A stretch of DNA of 64,000 nucleotides from Acidimicrobiia bacterium (lineage in GTDB: Bacteria > Actinomycetota > Acidimicrobiia > Spongiisociales > ZC4RG35). The notes under the pieces are model-generated. The model did not search any database. It was not told the origin of the DNA and saw only the letters and a list, made by a program, of their open reading frames with translations. Both the position numbers and the translations under genes were made by a program. Position 1 is the first letter of the stretch, and each line of letters opens with the position of its first letter. This document shows positions 51,456 through 61,281 of this stretch, in pieces. The stretch spans positions 658,688 to 722,687 of the forward strand of contig OZ244166.1 in assembly GCA_965216445.1 (NCBI GenBank). The letters run 5' to 3'.

Positions 51456-51604
51456 CAAAGAAACCCCAGGTCAGAAGCCTCTCTCGGCTAGGCCCACGGC
51501 TGCTTTCTCAAAAATGCTCAAACGATTGTCGAGACGATCGCCGCTGGAGGGTGTGACGAAAATCGGGTCTTTCGGCCCAAGGGACCGGAGTTAGCATTTC
51601 GGTT

Positions 51605-52093
51605 GTGGGAGAAGCCGTCAAGATCCGTTACGAGATCGACCTGAAGCGAACCAAATTCGACGTCTACAAGGAGCCTGGCCACGTCTTGTCCAGGCGTGAC
51701 TTGCCTCGTCTGGCCCAACTCATGCTCGACGCGTACGCGGGCACGATCGACTCGGAGGGCGAGACCCTTCGAGATGCCGTCGATGAGGTTTCCGCTTACT
51801 TCGATCGCTCGCCACTCCTGAAGCACTCATTCCAAGTCAAGTCCGGGCAGGTTCCGCTGTCTGCGATCTTCGTTTCGGAATATGACGGTGTCCCGTTCAT
51901 CAGCTACGTAATCACCGATCCCAATCACAAAGGGCGGGGTCTGGCAACCGAAGTTGCATCCCGAGCTTTGGGCAGCCTCCAGAAAGCCGGCTACGAGCGC
52001 GTCGTGTTCTTCGTCACCGACGGAAACCGGGCATCGGAGCGGTTGTTCAAGGGGCTAGGTGCCATCGCGATGGAGGCTTCAGGGACTGGGTAG
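51605..52093 (+). CDS. GNAT family N-acetyltransferase
   Basis: Acetyl-CoA-binding region HKGRGLATEVASRAL. Confidence 0.65.
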   Translation: MGEAVKIRYEIDLKRTKFDVYKEPGHVLSRRDLPRLAQLMLDAYAGTIDSEGETLRDAVDEVSAYFDRSPLLKHSFQVKSGQVPLSAIFVSEYDGVPFISYVITDPNHKGRGLATEVASRALGSLQKAGYERVVFFVTDGNRASERLFKGLGAIAMEASGTG

Positions 52094-52507
52094 CTGAATC
52101 TCTTTGACGACTTCCTCGAGGAGTAACTCGCCGTCAAGGGTTTCGGTATCGATCTGCAAGATTCGGTCCGCCAACTGGAGTTGCATCTGGATGCGCGCGC
52201 AACCGAGCTTCTCGGCCAGCTCGAAGTACTGACTCACCGAGAGCTCATCGACAGCCTCCCGTACGTCGGAGATCGGGACACGCCCTCCGCTCACCTCGTT
52301 GAGGTCATCTATCCCGGTCGCGGCACGTTTCACCAGACCCACAAAGGCGTCCGATAGGGCATCACAGCTGGTCAGACCACTGAGGGTCTCCCGGACGTCG
52401 ATCGCGTCGATCCGGGCCCGGATGTCGGCAGCGGACTCCTCGAGCCCAGCGCATGCAGGCAGAACGAGGATCAGGAGTGCGACAACTACCAATTTGGCCC
52501 GCTTCAA
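52079..52507 (-). CDS. putative lipoprotein
   Basis: TTG start gives MKRAKLVVVALLILVLPAC with a lipobox (LPAC). The longer ORF (start at 52615) would place the signal peptide internally. Confidence 0.5.
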   Translation of the reverse strand: MKRAKLVVVALLILVLPACAGLEESAADIRARIDAIDVRETLSGLTSCDALSDAFVGLVKRAATGIDDLNEVSGGRVPISDVREAVDELSVSQYFELAEKLGCARIQMQLQLADRILQIDTETLDGELLLEEVVKEIQLPSP

Positions 52508-52668
52508 GGACTTCCCTCCCAAGATCTGAGAACCCGTTCGATGAAACCTAGCCAATCGGATGTTGCCCCGCGGTTGCGAAATCGCATCCCGTTTCGGTTG
52601 AGCACCCTGCGACATCTATACTCCCCGGCGCCCCGATTTCCCTTTTCTTTGCGGAGGATTCACGAAAA

Positions 52669-54729
52669 ATGACGGAAACGATTCTGTACATCGCGCTCGG
52701 CGCTGGAGTGCTGGCGTTGCTGCTGGCGATGTATTACACCCGAGCAGTGCTCGATACCCCACGGGGGAACAGTCGCATGGTCGAGCTTGCCGACGCCATT
52801 CGGGCGGGTGCGATGGCATTCATCAAACGCGAGTACACGTGGGTGTCGGTGTTCGTCGTCGTCATGGCCGTGCTTATTGCCACGTTGCTCGAATGGGGGG
52901 CACCTTGGGGTGCGGTTGCATACGTCTTCGGCGCTTTGCTTTCGGCAATTGCCGGTTTCGTGGGCATGCGGATCGCCACCGCAGCTAACTCCCGAACGAC
53001 TGAAGCTGCTCGCACCGGTGGTATCCCGGCAGCCTTGCCGGTCGCCTTCCGGGGCGGTGCCGTGATGGGATTCACGGTCGCAGGTCTCGGTCTGATCGGT
53101 GTCGGGCTCGGATTCTGGTTGTTCGGAGCCGATGGTCCGCTTGAAGACCCCAACTGGGTCGACATTGTTACTGCCATCGGTCTTGGTGGTTCCTCGATCG
53201 CCCTATTCGCCAGGGTCGGCGGTGGTATCTACACCAAGGCCGCCGACGTGGGTGCCGACCTCGTCGGAAAGGTTGAAGCTGGCATTCCTGAGGACGATCC
53301 TCGAAATCCCGCAGTGATCGCCGACAACGTCGGTGACAACGTTGGCGACGTTGCCGGCATGGGTGCAGACCTCTTCGAATCCTACGTCGGGTCCCTTGTC
53401 GCACCCGTCGCCTATTCCGCTCTTGCCTTCGGAGGGCTTGCCTTCCAGGCCGAAGCAATCATTTTCCCCTTGGCCGTCGCCGCCCTGGGAATGTTCGCCT
53501 CGATCATCGGATCGTTCCTGGTCAAGGCCAAGGACGAGAGCCACCTCGCCGCCGCACTACACCGTGGTACCAACTTCGCCATGATCGCCACCGCAGCCGG
53601 CGTCGCCGCTCTCGCCTTCTGGGTCTTCGGTGACAAAGTCGACAACTGGCTCGGCATCTGGTTCGCAGTTGTCGCCGGTTTGATCGTCGGTTGGTTTGTC
53701 GGAAAGATCTCCGAGTGGTTCACATCGGACCACTACAAGACCGTCAAAGAGATCGCCCGCCAGTCCCAAACCGGACCGGCAACCGTCATCATCAGCGGTA
53801 TCGCCGAAGGCATGCGCTCAGCCGCGTTCTCTGTGCTGGTCGTTGCGGCCGGTATTGGTGCGGCCTTCTGGGCCGGTGACTGGGCGATGGGCGAGGGTGG
53901 AGGAATCTACGGAGTTGCGATCGCCGCGATCGGTGTGCTGGCCACCTTGGGTATCACCATCTCGGTCGATGCGTACGGGCCCATTGCCGACAACGCTGGT
54001 GGTATCGCGGAAATGGCTCACCTCGACCCCGAAGTGCGGGAAGCGACTGATGCTCTCGACTCACTCGGGAACACGACGGCCGCCGTGGCGAAAGGATTCG
54101 CTATCGCATCAGCTGCGGTGACGTCGCTTGCCTTGTTCAATGCCTTCACCCGGGCTGTTGACCTGGATCAGATCGATATCTCATCGGCACCCGTGACCAT
54201 CGGGCTGTTCATCGGCGCGATGTTCCCCTTCCTGTTTGCCGCACTGACCATGAACGCGGTCGGTCGGGCAGCCGGGAAGATGATCGATGAGGTTCGTCGC
54301 CAGTTCCGTGACATCCCCGGTCTGAAGGCCGGTGATCCCGAAGCCAAGCCCGACTATGAGACTTGTGTCGACATTGCGACAACCGGTGCCCTCCGGGAGA
54401 TGATCATCCCGGGTGCCCTTGCCATAGCGTTGCCTCTGGTTGTCGGGTTCTACGACGTTGAGATGCTCGGTGGCTTGCTAGGTGGCGCTCTCGTTACCGG
54501 ATTCCTCCTCGCGATATTCATGGCTAATGCCGGTGGTGCTTGGGACAACGCCAAGAAGTTCATCGAGACCGGTGCGTTTGGTGGCAAGGGAAGCGAGTCG
54601 CATCATGCGGCCGTGATCGGAGACACGGTCGGCGACCCGTTCAAAGACACGTCCGGTCCGGCAATGAACATCGTCATCAAAGTGATGACCATCGTCTCGC
54701 TGATCTTCGCCTCCGCTTTCATAGGGTGA
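52669..54729 (+). CDS. hppA: membrane-bound proton-translocating pyrophosphatase
   Basis: GGGIYTKAADVGADLVGKVE and DNVGDNVGD motifs; 686 aa. Confidence 0.9.
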   Translation: MTETILYIALGAGVLALLLAMYYTRAVLDTPRGNSRMVELADAIRAGAMAFIKREYTWVSVFVVVMAVLIATLLEWGAPWGAVAYVFGALLSAIAGFVGMRIATAANSRTTEAARTGGIPAALPVAFRGGAVMGFTVAGLGLIGVGLGFWLFGADGPLEDPNWVDIVTAIGLGGSSIALFARVGGGIYTKAADVGADLVGKVEAGIPEDDPRNPAVIADNVGDNVGDVAGMGADLFESYVGSLVAPVAYSALAFGGLAFQAEAIIFPLAVAALGMFASIIGSFLVKAKDESHLAAALHRGTNFAMIATAAGVAALAFWVFGDKVDNWLGIWFAVVAGLIVGWFVGKISEWFTSDHYKTVKEIARQSQTGPATVIISGIAEGMRSAAFSVLVVAAGIGAAFWAGDWAMGEGGGIYGVAIAAIGVLATLGITISVDAYGPIADNAGGIAEMAHLDPEVREATDALDSLGNTTAAVAKGFAIASAAVTSLALFNAFTRAVDLDQIDISSAPVTIGLFIGAMFPFLFAALTMNAVGRAAGKMIDEVRRQFRDIPGLKAGDPEAKPDYETCVDIATTGALREMIIPGALAIALPLVVGFYDVEMLGGLLGGALVTGFLLAIFMANAGGAWDNAKKFIETGAFGGKGSESHHAAVIGDTVGDPFKDTSGPAMNIVIKVMTIVSLIFASAFIG

Positions 54730-54784
54730 ACGGCATCGGGGGCGCACGACACCACGGAGGCTCCGGCTCGACCGGTGCGGCAGC

Positions 54785-56023
54785 GTGAAAGAGATCGTCT
54801 TTGTTCGCCATGCTGAATCACAGGCGAATCGCGACGGAGTCTGGAACGGTCGATCCGATGGACCTCTGAGTAGCGACGGCGTCGCTCAGCTGGAGCAACT
54901 CAGCACCCGCCTCGCCAACTCCAAGTTCGATCTCGTCGTGTCTTCACCACTGGAGCGGGCGCGTCAAACCGCTGAGTCGTTTGCCGACACCTACGAGATC
55001 GACGATCAACTCATCGAGATCGATCTCGGACGCTGGGAGGGCTGGGTATTCGATGAGGTTCAGGCACAGGACGGCGACCTTCTCAAGCAAGCCGTCAGTG
55101 ACCGGGTGACACCGATGGGTGCCTCCGGCGAAAGCCTCAACGAAGCCGGCAAGCGGATCATGTCGGCCGTCGACAAGTTGGTTGAAAGTGTGCCCGACGG
55201 CTCACGGGTTGCGGTTGTGACCCATGGCGGCCTCCTGCAAACCGCCCTGCACAAATACATGCCTGGTGACGGAAAACGAGTCCATGCCTTCGTCGGGAAC
55301 ACCTCCCTGACGCGGCTCATGTTTTTCGACGGCTACCCGTCCCGTTTGGCCGGGTTCAATGACACCGGTCATCTCGGGCCCCAGTCAAAACAGGTCCGGG
55401 AGTTCCTGGACTCGGGCAATCCGGTGGTCGCTTTGGTCCGGCACGGTCAGACCAAAGCCAACGTCGAGCAACGCTGGCAGGGTCAGGGAGACTGGGATCT
55501 CAACGAACTTGGCTACCGACAAGCCAAGGCACTTGGTGACTATTACGGCCAGTGGGATCAGGTCTTCAGCTCCCCGTTGAAACGGGCCAAGAATACGGCC
55601 GGTTTCGTAGCTTCCACTGAGCCAGCACTTGTCGACGACCTCAAAGAGCTCAACATGGGCGTGTGGGAAGGATTGACCACGACCGAAATCGAGGAGCGGT
55701 GGCCGAAGATGCTGGAACGCATCTATCGCCACGGAGAAGACTTGAAACGTGGCACGACCGGTGAGTCTTGGGCCGAGCTGACCAATCGATTTCGAAATGC
55801 TGTCCACGGTTTGGATCTGGTCGAACAGGAACCGACGGTCGTAGTCGCCCATGGTGGTGCTATCCGCTCTTACATCTCGTCCCTTACTGCCACCACCGAC
55901 ACTTACGCCGAAAGTTTGTTCACACCGCCAAACACCAGTGTGACTCACGTGGCAATGACCGACCGCGGACCACAGATCGTGGACTACGCAGTCGCTCCCC
56001 ATCTCAAGGATTTGGAGTCCTGA
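54785..56023 (+). CDS. histidine phosphatase family protein with two tandem phosphoglycerate-mutase-like domains
   Basis: RHAESQAN and RHGQTKAN (RHG catalytic motif) at the start of each half. Confidence 0.75.
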   Translation: MKEIVFVRHAESQANRDGVWNGRSDGPLSSDGVAQLEQLSTRLANSKFDLVVSSPLERARQTAESFADTYEIDDQLIEIDLGRWEGWVFDEVQAQDGDLLKQAVSDRVTPMGASGESLNEAGKRIMSAVDKLVESVPDGSRVAVVTHGGLLQTALHKYMPGDGKRVHAFVGNTSLTRLMFFDGYPSRLAGFNDTGHLGPQSKQVREFLDSGNPVVALVRHGQTKANVEQRWQGQGDWDLNELGYRQAKALGDYYGQWDQVFSSPLKRAKNTAGFVASTEPALVDDLKELNMGVWEGLTTTEIEERWPKMLERIYRHGEDLKRGTTGESWAELTNRFRNAVHGLDLVEQEPTVVVAHGGAIRSYISSLTATTDTYAESLFTPPNTSVTHVAMTDRGPQIVDYAVAPHLKDLES

Positions 56024-56604
56024 TGTCGGACTACGACTCAAAGCAGTATGCAGCGGTCAACCGTTGGGACCCAATGCACCTCAAGAGGATCGACAAACTC
56101 CTGCCGCTCAAGTCGGGCGATCGAGTCCTCGAAGTCGGATGTGGTCGAGGGCACCTGACCAAACGGCTTGCCGATCGTGGGGTCGACATTGTGGGAATCG
56201 ACGCCAACCCCCAGGCGGCGAGTCTTGCCGAGGGTGGTCACGTGGTCCACATGGTGGCCGAGGACCTTGACTTCGCAGACAACGAATTCGACGCCATCGT
56301 TGCGGTTCACTCTATTGAGCACATCCCACCTCTCGAGGAAGCGTTCGCTGAAATGGCAAGGGTGCTGAAACCGGGAGGCAAGGCGCTATTTATCTATCCC
56401 GCCGAACCCATCATGGGTCTGTATGCAATCCCCACCGCCGTAATCCTCTATCGGAATCCGCTCAAGGCCCGGGAGGTCCATTGTCAGAAGCTGACTCCGA
56501 AGAAGGTGCGGGCGATGATGGCTCCTCACGGTTTGACCGAGAGGCACCACGAATTCAACCTTTATAAGAGCCCCCAGTTCATTTCGGTGCTGGAGAAGGC
56601 ATAG
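56023..56604 (+). CDS. class I SAM-dependent methyltransferase
   Basis: VLEVGCGRGHL motif I; ATG overlaps the upstream stop (TGATG). Confidence 0.7.
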   Translation: MSDYDSKQYAAVNRWDPMHLKRIDKLLPLKSGDRVLEVGCGRGHLTKRLADRGVDIVGIDANPQAASLAEGGHVVHMVAEDLDFADNEFDAIVAVHSIEHIPPLEEAFAEMARVLKPGGKALFIYPAEPIMGLYAIPTAVILYRNPLKAREVHCQKLTPKKVRAMMAPHGLTERHHEFNLYKSPQFISVLEKA

Positions 56605-56612
56605 GTAAGGCG

Positions 56613-57260
56613 ATGTTCAAATGCGAGGAGTGCGGAAAGTCGTTCGATCTCCGTCAGGATGTTTTGGATCGGTATCCCGGCTGGACCCCTCGCCAATGTA
56701 TGGACTGCCGAAACAAGAGCGGACAGGCGTCGGCGAAAATGACTGAACGCCAACGCCCGGCGTCCAAGAGCAAAAGCCGCGACCTGACAGTGGGAGAGGT
56801 TCTCTCGTCTTTCACCGAGGGCCCAGACACTGGAGTCTTCACCGACGGAGCTACCGAGGGAAACCCCGGCCCAGGTGGTTGGGGGGCGGTCCTCGTCGTT
56901 GACGGGGAGATCGTTAGCGAGGCGATGGGTTCTGAGCCTCAGACAACCAACAACCGCATGGAGCTGACTGCAATGATTGCCGGGCTTGAGATGCTCCCCC
57001 TCGACTCCGAGATCGACGTCTACACTGACTCGAAGTTGGTTGTCGATACCTTGAACAGTTGGGCTGCTGGGTGGCGAGCCAACGGGTGGAAGAAGAAATC
57101 GACCGGGCCGATCGCAAACCTCGACCTCGTCCAGAAGGCGTACGCGCTCTATGAAGCCAGACCAAACGTGACCGCAAAATGGATCCGCGCCCATAGCGGC
57201 TATCGGTGGAACGAATATGCCGACTCGCTAGCGACGTCTTATCGACGAAGCGAGCATTGA
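56613..57260 (+). CDS. rnhA: ribonuclease HI with N-terminal zinc-ribbon extension
   Basis: FTDGATEGNPGPGGWGAVL...NNRMEL...YTDSK...AHSGYRWNEYAD RNase H catalytic residues, preceded by CEECGK...CMDC. Confidence 0.8.
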   Translation: MFKCEECGKSFDLRQDVLDRYPGWTPRQCMDCRNKSGQASAKMTERQRPASKSKSRDLTVGEVLSSFTEGPDTGVFTDGATEGNPGPGGWGAVLVVDGEIVSEAMGSEPQTTNNRMELTAMIAGLEMLPLDSEIDVYTDSKLVVDTLNSWAAGWRANGWKKKSTGPIANLDLVQKAYALYEARPNVTAKWIRAHSGYRWNEYADSLATSYRRSEH

Positions 57261-58279
57261 CCGACCGGTACAGCCCCGAAGCCCTGCGCGAGTGGGGCCG
57301 GCACACCCACGGTTCCCCGCTCTACGCCCGTTTGGTGGAGGTCACGGCCGACAATCCGGAACTGCTGTCGGTGGTCCAACGGATAAAGAACAAGCCCGCA
57401 CCGAATCTGTTTTTCGCTGCCATCCACTATTTGCTCATGGCCGACCGCGACCTGAAACTGGCAGCGTTCTACCCCTCCTTGGCTGACCATCCTCGACCAG
57501 TCTCCGACGTTGATTCCCATTTCACTGATTTCGTGATGGCGAACAGCGGTCGGATCATCGAGATCTCGAATAACAGGTACACCCAAACCAACGAATGTCG
57601 TCGGTGCACTGCGCTCCTGCCTGCCGCTATGACAAGTCCGTTCTCCGACTTCGATCTAGTCGAGATCGGCGCTAGCGCCGGGCTGAATCTCGCGATGGAT
57701 CGCTATCGCTACAACTTCGGGGGAGCGGAGTGGGGACCGGACTCACCGGTGTCTCTGCAGGCAGACTTTCGCGGTGATCCACCACAGCTGCGCGAGATCG
57801 TCATCGGTCGCAGGATTGGTATCGATATCAACATTCTGGATAGAAGGGATCCCGAGGACGCTCGTTGGCTCTTGGCTCTTGTGTGGCCGGAGCATCACGA
57901 ACGTCGGAGCAGGCTCCAGCAAGCGCTCGACCTTACGTCGAATATGGACATCGAAATGCGTCAGGGGAGCGCCATTGACGAATTGGACACCATCCTCAAC
58001 GATCTCCCGTCGGGCCGGCCGGTCGTGATCAGCAACAGCTTTGTACTCAATCAGATGACGACCGACGAACGACTGGAACTGAGCGAGATCATTGATCAAA
58101 ACCGCTCCCAACGGCCGATCTATAGGGTGTCGCTCGAATATCGAGACTGGTCAGACGACTGGGCCCGATTAGAGGTTGGAGGAGGTATGGAGTTGGAACA
58201 GCTGGGTCAAGCCCACCCCCATGGGGAATGGGTCGAACTCAACTTTGACGCGTTACGCGGTGATCCGCTTAGCGGCTAG
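57257..58279 (+). CDS. DUF2332 domain protein
   Basis: TTG start overlapping the rnhA stop gives LTDRYSPEALREWGRHTHGSPLYARLVEV, typical of DUF2332 N-termini. Confidence 0.6.
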   Translation: MTDRYSPEALREWGRHTHGSPLYARLVEVTADNPELLSVVQRIKNKPAPNLFFAAIHYLLMADRDLKLAAFYPSLADHPRPVSDVDSHFTDFVMANSGRIIEISNNRYTQTNECRRCTALLPAAMTSPFSDFDLVEIGASAGLNLAMDRYRYNFGGAEWGPDSPVSLQADFRGDPPQLREIVIGRRIGIDINILDRRDPEDARWLLALVWPEHHERRSRLQQALDLTSNMDIEMRQGSAIDELDTILNDLPSGRPVVISNSFVLNQMTTDERLELSEIIDQNRSQRPIYRVSLEYRDWSDDWARLEVGGGMELEQLGQAHPHGEWVELNFDALRGDPLSG

Positions 58280-58980
58280 GCCCGGCCGTATACCGGAACG
58301 AGCGAGCCCGTCATCACGCTTGACTCCTCACTGAGTAGGAACTCTGCGACGGCGGCGATTTGGTCCGGTGTTGGCCAGTTCACGTAGTCGGCGTAGGGAA
58401 GAGACTGCCTTGTTGCCGGTGTGTCGATGACCGACGGCATGATCACGTTTGCAGTGACTCCCGAACCGTCCAACTCATCTGCGACCGTCTTGCCCAGTGC
58501 GACCACTCCAGCTTTGGCGATGTTGAAGGCTGCCTGCCCGGTGGGGCAGTCGATCGCACTTCGGCTGCCGACGAGAAGAATGCGACCCCACCCAGCATCA
58601 CGGAGATGAGGGACCGCTGCTCTCACCGCGTAGAAGGCCGATCGAAGATTGAGGTCAAGCATTCGTTCGAACCGAACGTCATCGGTCTCGTCGACATCCC
58701 GGCCACCTGCCCATCCGCCAACAAGCGAACACAGCCCGTGGATCCCGTCGTTCTTTTCTGCGGTCTCCTTCATGAAGTTGGTAACAGCTTCGGCGTCGGT
58801 GGCGTCGACCCGAGACAGAACGAGGTCCTCCTCAGGCACGTCGAATTCAGATTCGAAAGCGGCCGCCTCGTCAGGCAGCAGGTAGGTGACCACCAGTCTG
58901 TGGTCCTTGCCGATGAGGCGTCGGGTCAAGGCAGTTCCAAGACCTCCCGTTCCTCCAGTGATCACAATTGTCTTTTTCAA
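58276..58980 (-). CDS. SDR family oxidoreductase
   Basis: ITGGTGGLG Rossmann motif; YxxxK (FNIAKAG). Confidence 0.75.
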   Translation of the reverse strand: MKKTIVITGGTGGLGTALTRRLIGKDHRLVVTYLLPDEAAAFESEFDVPEEDLVLSRVDATDAEAVTNFMKETAEKNDGIHGLCSLVGGWAGGRDVDETDDVRFERMLDLNLRSAFYAVRAAVPHLRDAGWGRILLVGSRSAIDCPTGQAAFNIAKAGVVALGKTVADELDGSGVTANVIMPSVIDTPATRQSLPYADYVNWPTPDQIAAVAEFLLSEESSVMTGSLVPVYGRA

Positions 58981-59061
58981 ACGAGTCCTTGTTCGATGTC
59001 TTCCACTCTATATTCGTCGGCTGATATTCGTCGTTGGCCGTCCGCGCCTACTCGGCGGCGC

Positions 59062-59667
59062 CTAATCGGGGCGAATGTCGCCGATGACATTCTTGACCCA
59101 AGCACCACGGGGGTGGGTCAGGGTCGATCGCAGATCGTTCACCGAATCCAGGTCGTGCAACAAGCCGGTTGTGGCGAGGATCGTTGGCTCGACCATCGCT
59201 GCCAGGTGTTTGGTCGAGCTGCCCGGCCCGTAGGAGAACTCCGAAATCGAACCTGCGGACAGGGCTGAGGTTCCTCCATCTGACGATGGGCCAAGCAGTT
59301 CTCTCCCTGTGGCCACAATCTCCATAGCCCTGCTCAGTTCCTGAGCGGTCACAAGTGGAAGGTCGGAATGGAGAACCATCCACGCCAGGCTCGAGTTCGT
59401 GGCCCACCGCACTCCTTCTCCAGCCGCGCGGTTGAGACCCTTCCCGGTTTCTTCGACCACCTGAAGCCCGAGACGCATCGCCCAGGCAGCCACCTCCAGG
59501 TCCGCAGAGACGATCACGGGCAACATGCCGGCAGCCTCGCTCTCGCTGACAGTGTGATCTGCCAGCGCCTGGCTCAAGTCGCGCCGCTGGTTGAGTTCAA
59601 GCACTGACGACAGGCGGTCCTTGCCACCGACAAAAGACCTGATGGGGATGATGGCTGCGACCGGCAC
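59062..59667 (-). CDS. cofC: 2-phospho-L-lactate guanylyltransferase (F420 biosynthesis, CofC/FbiD)
   Basis: VPVAAIIPIRSFVGGKDRLSSVL MobA-like N-terminus. The GTG start at 59667 was chosen so the gene does not overlap the divergent DUF427 gene. Confidence 0.6.
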   Translation of the reverse strand: MPVAAIIPIRSFVGGKDRLSSVLELNQRRDLSQALADHTVSESEAAGMLPVIVSADLEVAAWAMRLGLQVVEETGKGLNRAAGEGVRWATNSSLAWMVLHSDLPLVTAQELSRAMEIVATGRELLGPSSDGGTSALSAGSISEFSYGPGSSTKHLAAMVEPTILATTGLLHDLDSVNDLRSTLTHPRGAWVKNVIGDIRPD

Positions 59668-59740
59668 CCGGTGGAGCGTATCGGGAATATTGTTTAAACG
59701 AACCCGTTGTTTGTCATGAGTTTCAAAAGGAGTGTTCTCA

Positions 59741-60025
59741 ATGCCCACCGCAACCTGGAACGGCAAAGTCATCGCCGAGTCGGATCACACCGAAATGGTT
59801 GAGGGGAACCACTATTTCCCTGCCGACAGCGTCAAGAAGGAGTTCCTCCAGGAGTCCTCTGCGTCATCCGTATGTCCGTGGAAGGGGACGGCGTCTTACT
59901 ACGACGTTGTTGTCGATGGTGATGTGAACCCTGGTGCTGCCTGGTATTACTCATCGCCGAAGCCCGCGGCGTCAAACATCAAAGACCACGTCGCCTTCTG
60001 GCGCGGAGTGAAGGTGTCCCGCTAG
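59741..60025 (+). CDS. DUF427 domain protein
   Basis: AAAGGAG ribosome-binding site; MPTATWNGKVIAESDHTEMVEGNHYFP...WKGTASYY. Confidence 0.6.
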   Translation: MPTATWNGKVIAESDHTEMVEGNHYFPADSVKKEFLQESSASSVCPWKGTASYYDVVVDGDVNPGAAWYYSSPKPAASNIKDHVAFWRGVKVSR

Positions 60026-60483
60026 CCAGCGAAAAGGAAGCGGGATGCGAGTAATCCCGCTGCCAAACCGTACAAACCCGCAACGAGGTCGTCGGCTGTG
60101 ACCCCGACGGCACCGGGGATTCCCTCTGCTTTGGCGACGCCCGGGAAGGACCCCTTGAAGATGTCGGCAAGCCTGAAGACCACAAAGGCAACCAAACCCG
60201 CTTGCCAGTCGAGACTGACGGTTGCCAGGAACATTCCAGCTGCTTCGTCAACGACGATCCACCCAGCGTCTCCCGCGCTTTGAAACAGGGGCTTGATCGA
60301 CCAGAGCGCAAGAACGACGACCACACCCGTTGCCAACACCTGGACCCAGACGCCAAATGTCCCCAGCCAAATGGCAATCGGAAACGCAAATATGGATCCG
60401 ACCGTCCCGGCGCCTCCATCGGAGCCACGAAGCCGACCCATTATCAGGCCCGTCCCAAACCATGATGCGATTAGCTTCGCCAC
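60022..60483 (-). CDS. pgpA: phosphatidylglycerophosphatase A
   Basis: VVDEAAGM...DIFKG...VTADDLVAGLYG PgpA motifs. Confidence 0.7.
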   Translation of the reverse strand: MAKLIASWFGTGLIMGRLRGSDGGAGTVGSIFAFPIAIWLGTFGVWVQVLATGVVVVLALWSIKPLFQSAGDAGWIVVDEAAGMFLATVSLDWQAGLVAFVVFRLADIFKGSFPGVAKAEGIPGAVGVTADDLVAGLYGLAAGLLASRFLFAG

Positions 60484-60534
60484 GGAGGATCAGACTAGGC
60501 GGTAACGGCTAGCCGACCGGGATGCCGATTGAAC

Positions 60535-61263
60535 TCAATCCCGAATCTTCTCAGCAAGGACTCTTCGCAGGTAATCCTCGTCGTTTTGGTAGTGCTTGTC
60601 GGCCGTGACCCGAGGTTCGAACCGCTTTCTCAGCTGGGCCGCGTATTCGCGTCGCGTGGCCGCCGGGAGGCCCGACGAACGTGCCAGGAACGATCTCAAA
60701 ACGCCAACCTCGCTGTCGGTCAAAGCAGAGACGTCCCAACGAGTCTCGTCATCGCCCAGCGTGGGTAACCACTCAGCAGAGGCCACTACAGGTTTGACAC
60801 GATCTCGCACCACAACCGTGTTGGCCGCGAAGTCCCCGATACGTTGGCTCTTCTCAGAGGCGAACATCGAGATCACCCCTATGCCGAACAACAGGACGTC
60901 CACCGGTAGGAACAGTGTCCGGATCACAGCCGAACCGAATCCGACCGGTGCGCCGGAAGTCTTCACCACCTTTGTGCCGGCCGCCATCTTTCCCAGTGTC
61001 TGGCCGCCGTTGAGCGACTCCATTCCCACGAGATAAGCAAACGGTACAAACAGCGTTGCCAGGCTGAGGAGGCCCACCGCTAAGAGGGAGTCTGCTCCAC
61101 TGGTGCGGAGTCCGACTAGGCCGAGAAGGATCAATGAGAAGCCGATTAACAACCCGTCAAGAAGCCATGCCAGAGTGCGTGACCCGATGCCAGCTATTGT
61201 CATCCCGACCGTCACACCCTCGGAGGTCGTGATCTCGAGCTTGTCTTGGAATGTCAAGTCCAA
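60535..61263 (-). CDS. RDD family membrane protein
   Basis: RDD-domain helices with the conserved Arg/Asp pair (RIGDF). Confidence 0.6.
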   Translation of the reverse strand: MDLTFQDKLEITTSEGVTVGMTIAGIGSRTLAWLLDGLLIGFSLILLGLVGLRTSGADSLLAVGLLSLATLFVPFAYLVGMESLNGGQTLGKMAAGTKVVKTSGAPVGFGSAVIRTLFLPVDVLLFGIGVISMFASEKSQRIGDFAANTVVVRDRVKPVVASAEWLPTLGDDETRWDVSALTDSEVGVLRSFLARSSGLPAATRREYAAQLRKRFEPRVTADKHYQNDEDYLRRVLAEKIRD

Positions 61264-61281
61264 ATCCCCATTCGTGAGTTC

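Noticed and set aside
51149-51556. 135-aa plus-strand ORF
   Set aside because: It reads straight through tRNA-Gln and tRNA-Glu; it is a spurious ORF from GC-rich sequence
52508-52615. Longer lipoprotein ORF starting at 52615
   Set aside because: It would bury the signal peptide and lipobox 38 residues inside the protein; the internal TTG start fits lipoprotein architecture
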